Shown: positions 20,022-26,702 of the stretch, one piece after another
Position numbering within the stretch: position 1 is the first letter of the stretch
How the letters are laid out: each line of letters opens with the position of its first letter
IMG/VR virus record: IMGVR_UViG_3300020050_008479
From: a virus
Taxonomy: Duplodnaviria; Heunggongvirae; Uroviricota; Caudoviricetes; Crassvirales
DNA: 64,000 nucleotides
Direction: 5' to 3' (one strand)
Translations under genes and position numbers: made by a program
Notes under the pieces: generated by a model
The model's input: only the letters and a program-made list of their open reading frames with translations
What the model was told of the DNA's origin: nothing
Databases searched by the model: none

Positions 20022-20109
20022 CGGAAGAAGTGAGACTCGAACTCACACGGGTATTACCCCCAACTGTTTTCAAGACAGCGACCCTTAGCCCAACTTGGTT
20101 TACCCTTCC
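20022..20109 (-). tRNA. tRNA-Ser (anticodon TGA), type II
   Basis: Acceptor GGAAGGG/TTCTTCC; anticodon stem GCTGT/ACAGT with loop CTTGAAA; long variable arm; T-arm GTGAG-TTCGAGT-CTCAC. Confidence 0.65.
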
Positions 20110-20158
20110 AGAGGTAGAGAGCATTGCAAAATTGATAAGATCTCACTTACTCTCTTTG

Positions 20159-20231
20159 GGTGTTGCAGGGACTCGAACCCAATCTTCTCAGTTCACAGCC
20201 GAGCGCATTATTCCAATTATGCTAACAACAC
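20159..20231 (-). tRNA. tRNA-His (anticodon GTG)
   Basis: Acceptor GTGTTGT/GCAACAC; D-stem GCAT/ATGC; anticodon stem CTCGG/CTGAG with loop CTGTGAA; T-loop TTCGAGT. Confidence 0.6.
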
Positions 20232-20233
20232 AG

Positions 20234-20305
20234 TCTGCGGAATAGGATTCGAACCTATGACCTCGCGCGTCCAAGGCGCGCAAACAACCACCGTTATCTC
20301 CGCAG
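20234..20305 (-). tRNA. tRNA-Pro (anticodon TGG)
   Basis: Acceptor CTGCGGA/TCCGCAG; anticodon stem CGCGC/GCGCG with loop CTTGGAC; T-arm ATAGG-TTCGAAT-CCTAT. Confidence 0.65.
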
Positions 20306-20314
20306 GATTAATAG

Positions 20315-20386
20315 AGCTTTTATGAGGACTCGAACCCCAATAGCCTGAGTACAAATCAGGAATAATGCCAATTATATTATAAAAGC
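20315..20386 (-). tRNA. tRNA-Thr (anticodon TGT)
   Basis: Acceptor GCTTTTA/TAAAAGC; anticodon stem CCTGA/TCAGG with loop TTTGTAC; T-loop TTCGAGT. Confidence 0.7.
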
Positions 20387-20392
20387 AGTTTG

Positions 20393-20465
20393 TGGTGAAA
20401 GTAAGACTTGAACTTACGACCTCTAGATCTTCAATCTAGCACTCTACCAACTGAGTTACTTCACC
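20393..20465 (-). tRNA. tRNA-Phe (anticodon GAA)
   Basis: Acceptor GGTGAAG/TTTCACC; D-arm ACTC-AGTTGGTAG-AGTG; anticodon stem CTAGA/TCTAG with loop TTGAAGA; T-arm GTAAG-TTCAAGT-CTTAC. Confidence 0.75.
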
Positions 20466-20638
20466 TTTTAATGCTATTGCTAATTCTCTTTTAGCAATTT
20501 TTTCTTTTAATTCTATTCTGTCAACTCCTACGCAGATATGACAATTACATACATAACCTTTACTATCTTTAGGTTGTTTAGAGTAAATTCTATCGTACCT
20601 ATCTTTTCTAGTTGTTCTGCTCATTGTATTTATTTTAG

Positions 20639-20720
20639 TATTCCTAGAGAGACTCGAACTCTCAGCGCTAATGCGTACAGTTTCTAAGACTGCTGTGTTT
20701 ACCAATTTCACCACAGGAAT
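20639..20720 (-). tRNA. tRNA-Leu (anticodon TAG), type II
   Basis: Acceptor ATTCCTG/TAGGAAT; anticodon stem GCAGT/ACTGT with loop CTTAGAA; variable-arm stem CGC/GCG; T-arm GAGAG-TTCGAGT-CTCTC. Confidence 0.65.
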
Positions 20721-20726
20721 AATTGT

Positions 20727-20795
20727 TGCTTTATCAAGGCTCGAACTTGAATTGACTGCGCCAAAAACAGTAGTGTTACCGTTACACTATAAAGC
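20727..20795 (-). tRNA. tRNA-like gene, isotype undetermined (possible pseudo-tRNA)
   Basis: Acceptor GCTTTAT/ATAAAGC; D-stem AGTG/CACT; T-arm TCAAG-TTCGAGC-CTTGA; only about 69 nt and no canonical 7-nt anticodon loop found by hand. Confidence 0.4.
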
Positions 20796-20803
20796 GGTAT
20801 TTG

Positions 20804-20891
20804 TTGGGTAGGTAGGAATTGAACCTACATAGTCTTATTTGTTTGCGACAGAGTTACAGTCTGCGGACGTAGCCAATTTGTCATCTACCCA
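20804..20891 (-). tRNA. tRNA-Tyr (anticodon GTA), type II
   Basis: Acceptor TGGGTAG/CTACCCA; anticodon stem GCAGA/TCTGT with loop CTGTAAC; long variable arm; T-arm GTAGG-TTCAATT-CCTAC. Confidence 0.6.
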
Positions 20892-20904
20892 ATTTAATAT
20901 TCTG

Positions 20905-20978
20905 AGGGTACAATAGGATTCGAACCTATGTTCTTCAGGTTTGCAGCCATCTACTTTATACCACTCAGTCATGTACCC
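20905..20978 (-). tRNA. tRNA-like gene, possibly Cys (GCA); weak anticodon stem
   Basis: Perfect acceptor GGGTACA/TGTACCC; T-arm ATAGG-TTCGAAT-CCTAT; loop CTGCAAA present but its stem has only 2 Watson-Crick pairs. Confidence 0.45.
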
Positions 20979-20991
20979 GTTTAATCTAGTT

Positions 20992-21060
20992 GCGGATGCG
21001 AGATTCGAACTCGAATTCAAGGTTATGAGCCTCATGTGTTACCAGTTACACTACACCGCG
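20992..21060 (-). tRNA. tRNA-like gene, isotype undetermined
   Basis: TTCGAAT T-loop with CGAG/CTCG stem and GCGG/CCGC acceptor pairing; the remainder does not fold canonically by hand. Confidence 0.35.
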
Positions 21061-21497
21061 ATATATTTTAGACTATTGTCTCATTCTTCTTTTCTACCTC
21101 CCGTTACTAATTAGTGTTATTTACTTTAAAGTAAAGAAGAGGTTCCTGTCCATGAGGATAGGTATAGGCTCTTTTTATATTGTCTTGGCTTATCAGGAAC
21201 ATTCAGTTGTTTCAAACTGAATCAAGCATACTAGAATTATATCCAACTAACACCCGTTTTATCTCTCGGAGCAACTATCATTGCTTATGTTGGTTCACTA
21301 GGAATAAGTTACTACAATAACGGGACCATTCTCAATTTAATACCGTTGCGTCCAATGCATATTTAATACCTCTTGATGTAATCTCCCTATTAAGACATTG
21401 CGACTTGGCAAAGATACAACAAGTTTTATTAAAAACAATACGTTGGAATAACATTTTTTTGTTATATCTTTGTTTTAACAATAAAAATTACTTTATT

Positions 21498-21752
21498 ATG
21501 GAAAAAGAAGATTATGTAGAGTTGTTTAGAAAGGAGTTTTTGAAACTAAATTTCGCACTAGACAGTTACAAACACAAGTGTAAAGCCAACTGGGCTGTAG
21601 TTAATTCAAAGGTTCATATCACTTTTGATACAGGTAACGATAAAGACTTCTTGAGGTATGAACTAGGACTTGAAGAAGCTAAGGATTTTCTTCATGACTT
21701 TAAAAAGAAGTGTATTGACATCTGTTCACACATTAAAAAAGAGGCTATTTAG
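21498..21752 (+). CDS. hypothetical protein
   Basis: 85 aa from the internal ATG at 21498 (A/T-rich leader); lone plus-strand gene, convergent with the operon to its right. Confidence 0.4.
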   Translation: MEKEDYVELFRKEFLKLNFALDSYKHKCKANWAVVNSKVHITFDTGNDKDFLRYELGLEEAKDFLHDFKKKCIDICSHIKKEAI

Positions 21753-21930
21753 CCTCTTTTGTTGTTAATATAAGTTTCTTTCTTTTGTATTTGTGATCAT
21801 TTACAATATCACCAGTGTGTTTTATTTGTTCACATTGTTCGTAAGTTAATGTCCTTACTGATCCTATATCACTAAGACTCATTGTCATTCCGCTGCTAAC
21901 GTATGTTTTAAAATCTACTCTTTCTTCCAT
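21745..21930 (-). CDS. hypothetical small protein
   Basis: 61-aa ORF, last gene of the small-protein operon; start overlaps the upstream gene's C-terminal codons. Confidence 0.4.
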   Translation of the reverse strand: MEERVDFKTYVSSGMTMSLSDIGSVRTLTYEQCEQIKHTGDIVNDHKYKRKKLILTTKEAK

Positions 21931-22133
21931 GTTAGTTTCTTTTTAGGTCCTTTTACATTTCTTAATTCATCCTTGAGTTTATTTTCTCTCTTTGTTTCTT
22001 CTTGCAGGTAGTTCATTACCTTCATTAATTCAGTAAATTGTTCTAATGATGTTGCTTCAAACTTATGAAGCGTACTCATTTGCTCTCTTATTCCTGGCCC
22101 CATCTTTATGTTTCCGTCTGATATCTCACTCAT
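21915..22133 (-). CDS. small protein with C-terminal KGPKKKL tail
   Basis: 72 aa ending ...NVKGPKKKLTWKKE; ATGA overlap with the upstream gene. Confidence 0.5.
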   Translation of the reverse strand: MSEISDGNIKMGPGIREQMSTLHKFEATSLEQFTELMKVMNYLQEETKRENKLKDELRNVKGPKKKLTWKKE

Positions 22134-22537
22134 ATTTTTAGTTTTTTCTTTGGTCCTTTTATTACTTCTTGTTCTTTTAACAATGAACTATTAAATTTCT
22201 TAATTTCATCGTATAATGGATCGTTTTGGATTTGAACTGTAGTCCCACAAGGAAGTTTCATTGTTGTAAACACTTTTCTCGGATCAATTGAATCCATTAC
22301 TTCCATTCTAAATGATTCAGATGGAGTTAATGGCCTTGATACATCTAGCGCTTTGTCGTGCCAATGAGAGTTTATTGGTGGCAGTGAAGCATACTTCCAT
22401 TCAGTCTTGAATACATCTCTAATTGCTTTCTCTAATTCTTTCTTTGTTATATTGTAAAGAAACTTCTGCTTTCTCTTTGGCATTACTTCTAAAGGAGGAT
22501 TCATTACGTATCTTTTGCTCTTATCTCTTTTCTTCAT
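22130..22537 (-). CDS. small protein with C-terminal KGPKKKLKI tail
   Basis: 135 aa ending ...EVIKGPKKKLKI. Confidence 0.5.
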   Translation of the reverse strand: MKKRDKSKRYVMNPPLEVMPKRKQKFLYNITKKELEKAIRDVFKTEWKYASLPPINSHWHDKALDVSRPLTPSESFRMEVMDSIDPRKVFTTMKLPCGTTVQIQNDPLYDEIKKFNSSLLKEQEVIKGPKKKLKI

Positions 22538-22560
22538 AATTTGCTTTATTACATAGCTAT

Positions 22561-22935
22561 TTAAAACTTAAGCTTCTTTTTAGGTTGTTTAATTACATTT
22601 TCTTTTTTAGTAAGAACTGTACTTATGAGGAATAAAGCTTTAGCTGTTTCTTCATTTATTCTCTCTACCCCTCTTGATATTAAAAACTTTTTAACTAATT
22701 CAGCTTTTTCTAATGAATCAAGATACTCAAATGGAAGATCATTCTTAATGAAGTTTGATGTAGAAGAAAACTGCGGTCTTGGTTTAGAAGTTGATAATCC
22801 AGCTGTGTGTTTGTATGTTGCTCCTGATGATGACGTTCCGGTCATACTGTATCCTAAATATTCAGATGACCTTATCGATGTAACTAACTGATTGTCAATT
22901 TTTATTTTTTTTTCAAATATTGATTCTTCTTCCAT
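22561..22935 (-). CDS. small protein with C-terminal KQPKKKLKF tail
   Basis: 124 aa ending ...NVIKQPKKKLKF; Ser/Thr-rich middle. Confidence 0.5.
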   Translation of the reverse strand: MEEESIFEKKIKIDNQLVTSIRSSEYLGYSMTGTSSSGATYKHTAGLSTSKPRPQFSSTSNFIKNDLPFEYLDSLEKAELVKKFLISRGVERINEETAKALFLISTVLTKKENVIKQPKKKLKF

Positions 22936-22956
22936 AGTGTATTATTTTTGTGCAAG

Positions 22957-23601
22957 TTACGAATTAGTTTTGATTATTTTATTACTTTTTATTAAATTAT
23001 CTTTAGCCCATAAAGGTTGAAGGTTCGTGTAGTGGCAAAGTTTAATTAATTCTTCTTCAGTTGTTGCTGAGTCTAAAGGAATAATGTGGTCAATATGCCA
23101 TAGCTCTCTATTCTCCCAGCTCATTCCATCAGTAAATAAAGAAGTTATTCTATCGAAAACAACTTGATATTCAGCGCCTAATAAATCAACAGTTCCTTTT
23201 TTGTTCCAAGACATTCTTCTAAATGCAGTTCCTGTTCTATTTCTTAACCTTCTCTTCATTAATGATAATGGATCTTTAGCCTCCAATTCTTTTCTTTGCT
23301 TTTTCTTACTTTCTCTTATTTTATCTGCGTTAAGTTCTCTATATTTCTTTGCGCTTTTGTTTCTAGAATCTCTATTATTTTTAGCCCATTCCATTGATTC
23401 TTTATAAAGTCTATTCTTGTTTTCACTTCTCCATTTGTCTCTTACTATTTTATTTTCATTTTCTTTCAATTCTTTCTGAATTCTACTTCTTTCTTTATCG
23501 CATTCCTTGCATTGTGACTTTGGTTTGCCTGGAGATTGAAAGTAATATTCCATTAACTCTTTGTCTTTTAAGCATTTAGTACATGTCTTCATTGTTATCA
23601 T
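22957..23601 (-). CDS. HNH homing endonuclease (free-standing)
   Basis: N-terminal CTKC ... CKEC zinc-finger-like motif; C-terminal HNH motif WHIDHIIPL ... CHYTNLQPLWAKDNLIKSNK; start placed at ATG 23601 after an A/T-rich leader (ORF track begins at 23634). Confidence 0.7.
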   Translation of the reverse strand: MITMKTCTKCLKDKELMEYYFQSPGKPKSQCKECDKERSRIQKELKENENKIVRDKWRSENKNRLYKESMEWAKNNRDSRNKSAKKYRELNADKIRESKKKQRKELEAKDPLSLMKRRLRNRTGTAFRRMSWNKKGTVDLLGAEYQVVFDRITSLFTDGMSWENRELWHIDHIIPLDSATTEEELIKLCHYTNLQPLWAKDNLIKSNKIIKTNS

Positions 23602-23609
23602 TTTAATAT

Positions 23610-23643
23610 TGTAAATGTAGTGAAAATAAACCACACATTTACA
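23610..23643. promoter_or_regulatory. 9-bp perfect inverted repeat (operator-like) in a divergent promoter region
   Basis: TGTAAATGT-16nt-ACATTTACA overlapping the 5' end of the HNH gene; intergenic to the divergent plus-strand gene at 23787. Confidence 0.35.
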
Positions 23644-23786
23644 TTTTATAATTTTATTTTTAAAAAATTTTTATAAAAAAAATTGTCATACACGAGTCAA
23701 ACAACACTTCACCCCCTACTCTTTTTATGTTTTGGGATATGGGGTACTCTTATATCTATAAACGTCTAATTTAATACTTACTCATT

Positions 23787-24059
23787 ATGGCTTTAGCTAC
23801 ATTTCATTCATTACGCGGAGAGAAAAAAACATCTGCATTATTACTAGTAAAAAAGAATCCATTGCAATTTAGCAGTGACCCTGTTTATGTGCCATTGGTT
23901 GGTGCTATTCATTTTGCTGGAAAACCATTAACTGATAAAGATAATGGATTCTCATTTGAGATACCTGATGGTTACACATTGGAGGATATCGTTGATAGTG
24001 TTACTGGAGAAATCCGTACTGCTAAAGATGGTAGTCCATTAAAACAACTAGTTTACTAG
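23787..24059 (+). CDS. hypothetical protein
   Basis: 90-aa ORF after an A/T-rich leader. Confidence 0.4.
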   Translation: MALATFHSLRGEKKTSALLLVKKNPLQFSSDPVYVPLVGAIHFAGKPLTDKDNGFSFEIPDGYTLEDIVDSVTGEIRTAKDGSPLKQLVY

Positions 24060-24332
24060 TTGGGCCTTTAAGGCTTGCGCCTAACTTGCATCATCAGATA
24101 ACTCTGATATAACCCAAACTCATTAACAACCTCTCAAACAGCTTCTCTGCACCTTCTATGGTAAAAGACAGATTAGTGGTTGAGAGGAGATGAGTTAATA
24201 CTAAACTTCAATCATTAGATACAATGAAATACTTTATTACTCAAGATGCTTTAGAGATAGACTCAGAAGAAGCAGCAATCCAAATGGCTAGTTATAGAAA
24301 CTAGTATTAATAAACTCTTAATTCTCAACCAC

Positions 24333-24557
24333 ATGAATTTACCAAACACAAGATTATTAGCTTATAATATATTAGCAATGATCAAACTTCTAGCATTAAT
24401 AGTACTCTCATTAGGAGGGTTTGTATTAATGATCTCAGAGCCAATTGATAATGATGGCTCATTATACACTCTTCTTCTATCTAAGATAGTTGGAATAGGT
24501 GCATTGTATATTGCATATCAAATCTTCAATGGCTCATTGAATAAATTAAATGAGTAA
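24333..24557 (+). CDS. small two-TM membrane protein
   Basis: 74 aa; two hydrophobic helices (LLALIVLSLGGFVLMI, IVGIGALYIAYQIF). Confidence 0.45.
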   Translation: MNLPNTRLLAYNILAMIKLLALIVLSLGGFVLMISEPIDNDGSLYTLLLSKIVGIGALYIAYQIFNGSLNKLNE

Positions 24558-24737
24558 TCCTCATTAACCATACAATTCGTGGTTGAATTAGTTTGCACTT
24601 ATACTCATCAGCATTGACTTGTCTGGTGAGTTGAGTGTTTAATGTAAGTTATTGTTATGCTTCGCATAGACCCAATACCCACATTACATCAACATAACCT
24701 CAATCAAAATTAACCTCACATTAATAACATCGCTATT

Positions 24738-24962
24738 ATGTATAAAGAAAATGACTTCGTATTAATAACTAGTATTATATTTAACGAGGGAAGAAAAGAT
24801 GAACACTATAAAACCTATTCAGGTATTATCAGTTATGAATCAGAGAAAGGTATTGGATTTTCTAAAGCAGTAGTTCATCAGATATGGACTAATTACAAAA
24901 CAAGTGTAGCAATGGCTACGCATTTCTCAATAGATAAAACAAACATAAATAATGTATTGTAA
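24738..24962 (+). CDS. hypothetical protein
   Basis: 74-aa ORF. Confidence 0.35.
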   Translation: MYKENDFVLITSIIFNEGRKDEHYKTYSGIISYESEKGIGFSKAVVHQIWTNYKTSVAMATHFSIDKTNINNVL

Positions 24963-25563
24963 AGACATTAACAGTGAAGAATATAGAGAAGACTGTATAG
25001 ATCCAGCTGACACTAATCCATAGGCATAAATAAGAAGCAACGTGTAAGCTTCAAGAATTACACACATTAATATAAATATGAGGTAAAGCAAGAGAGTGTT
25101 GTACACTTTAAAAACATAATACCACCTAAGATAAGTCAAGAGTAATTAACTAGACGAGGTGGACAACATAAATTTAACTGCTATAATTAAGCATTCAACC
25201 ATAATAAAGCAAACCTGTTTTGATAAGAACTGCAGATATCTTATCAATCATCTCTAATCTAGTGCACTATCCTAGATTAGAGTAAGTAATAATGACGTGT
25301 GTTTCAGTTGAGATAAATCAACTCTAGCCAGGGAAACAAATGCCTAGCAAAAACGAGCACTCACTTGTATTGATGTTGACTTGGAAGTTTCAATATGAAC
25401 TTCACATGGTGTTGGAAATACACTAAACCATAAGCACGTAGAGAATATTGCTTATGGTTGCTATAATAATATTGTTGAGTTCGCGAAGCAGTACAATAGG
25501 TTTATATAATTTGGCCGATTGAAAGACAATCGGCCATTCTTAAAACATTTAAAACAACCACAA

Positions 25564-25764
25564 ATGAAATCATCAACAAAATTTATCTTCATCTTATTCT
25601 TAACAATAATATGGATGATAGCAACAGGCATTACAATGATAGACAATGCTAAACAAGAAACAGATCCAATCACATGGTTCATGTATTCAGTTCCATTTAT
25701 CTCATTCTTCGGAATACTGATAATATACAACATTGAATTCAGAAAAGAAAACAACATTAAGTAA
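25564..25764 (+). CDS. small two-TM membrane protein
   Basis: 67 aa from ATG 25564 (MKSSTKFIFILFLTIIWMIATGITMI ... FMYSVPFISFFGILIIY); its stop overlaps the next start (TAATGG). Confidence 0.45.
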   Translation: MKSSTKFIFILFLTIIWMIATGITMIDNAKQETDPITWFMYSVPFISFFGILIIYNIEFRKENNIK

Positions 25765-25874
25765 TGGAAAATGCTCCAGTAGATATGTATGGCCTATTAA
25801 CATGGCCATGCTTATTCTTAGCTTATTATTTATTAACATTAGTAGTGAAAGCTCTAAATAATATGAACAAATGA
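25764..25874 (+). CDS. small hydrophobic peptide (36 aa)
   Basis: MENAPVDMYGLLTWPCLFLAYYLLTLVVKALNNMNK; ATGA-type start/stop overlap with both neighbours; below the ORF-track size cutoff. Confidence 0.35.
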   Translation: MENAPVDMYGLLTWPCLFLAYYLLTLVVKALNNMNK

Positions 25875-26059
25875 AAAAATTCACAACATTCTTATCAATA
25901 ATTCTATTTGTAATTGTAATGGTAAGCACATTAATAGTATCGTTCATATCAATATGGAGCGACATAGATCCAATTGTACTTGACAAATTGAAATCTACAA
26001 TATTGTTAACTACAATAGTATTTATTCTTTCATTCATGACAAATCAAACCATAGACTAA
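25871..26059 (+). CDS. small two-TM membrane protein
   Basis: 62 aa (MKKFTTFLSIILFVIVMVSTLIVSFISIW ... LLTTIVFILSFM); similar architecture to 25564-25764. Confidence 0.45.
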   Translation: MKKFTTFLSIILFVIVMVSTLIVSFISIWSDIDPIVLDKLKSTILLTTIVFILSFMTNQTID

Positions 26060-26300
26060 ACACCACACTAAAGTTTGTGGGTTGCATGACGTGATTGAGT
26101 GAAACCCTAAAAGTGAAGCTAATCATCACAAGTGCGTATAAGTACCATCGTGTCCCAAAACCTTATATGTTTACCTGAATTGACAGGAAAGTTAAATAGC
26201 GTCAAGTGGTGTTTACAATACAGCTTAATAATTATAAGACTCAAATGAAAGCATTTGTAAGTTTGTACTTCAAGAGGAGAACAAGTAATTATTAAGCAAT

Positions 26301-26372
26301 GTCCTTATAGCTCAGCGGTAGAGCACTCCGCTCATAACGGATAGGTCGGCAGTTCAAATCTGTCTAAGGACA
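26301..26372 (+). tRNA. tRNA-Met (anticodon CAT; initiator, elongator or lysidine-Ile not resolved)
   Basis: Acceptor GTCCTTA/TAAGGAC; D-arm GCTC-AGCGGTA-GAGC; anticodon loop CTCATAA; T-arm GGCAG-TTCAAAT-CTGTC. Confidence 0.8.
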
Positions 26373-26600
26373 CAACATGAACCAGGGTTGATTGTTAGTA
26401 TCTAACAATCTCAATAGACTACATTATTTATAATGGGCAGAATTGAATAGATCACTGCAGATTGTTTAATTTAAGAAATCTAATGCTTTGTTATTATCTA
26501 GATTCAGAAGAGAATCTCTCTTTAGATACCTGAACGATGTAATAAAAGTAATTAGAATGACGGATAGTTCTTATCAACCAAAATTGTTTGAAGTCAAAAC

Positions 26601-26672
26601 GTTGGAATAGCTCAATTGGATAGAGCGCTTGCTTTTGGAGCGAGAGACTACAGTTCGAACCTGTAACCAGCA
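26601..26672 (+). tRNA. tRNA-Gln (anticodon TTG), acceptor stem slightly non-canonical
   Basis: D-arm GCTC-AATTGGATA-GAGC; anticodon stem CTTGC/GCGAG with loop TTTTGGA; T-arm TACAG-TTCGAAC-CTGTA; acceptor pairing offset by one. Confidence 0.55.
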
Positions 26673-26702
26673 CAAATTTATAAACCAAAATCAATTAAAA
26701 TC

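Noticed and set aside
20030-20325. Plus-strand ORFs of 71 and 76 aa (20030-20245, 20095-20325), and minus-strand ORFs 20436-20714 and 20835-21035, in the six-frame track
   Set aside because: They lie entirely across the tRNA gene array; the reading frames run through tRNA acceptor and T-arm sequences and are spurious.
21915-22935. The KKKL tails as a pure artefact of A-rich translation-initiation regions overlapping upstream stop codons
   Set aside because: Not fully rejected. It explains the poly-Lys, but not the conserved Gly-Pro before it nor the Leu-x-hydrophobic end. Tails also occur where the downstream gene does not immediately follow (for example 22561 ends 24 nt before the next start). 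Kept as a finding with this caveat.
24927-26037. Minus-strand hydrophobic ORFs 24927-25139, 25461-25757 and 25702-26037
   Set aside because: Antisense shadows of the small plus-strand membrane-peptide genes and structured spacers. They are Ile/Leu/Tyr-rich because of AT bias and have no start context. 24927-25139 is the least certain rejection.
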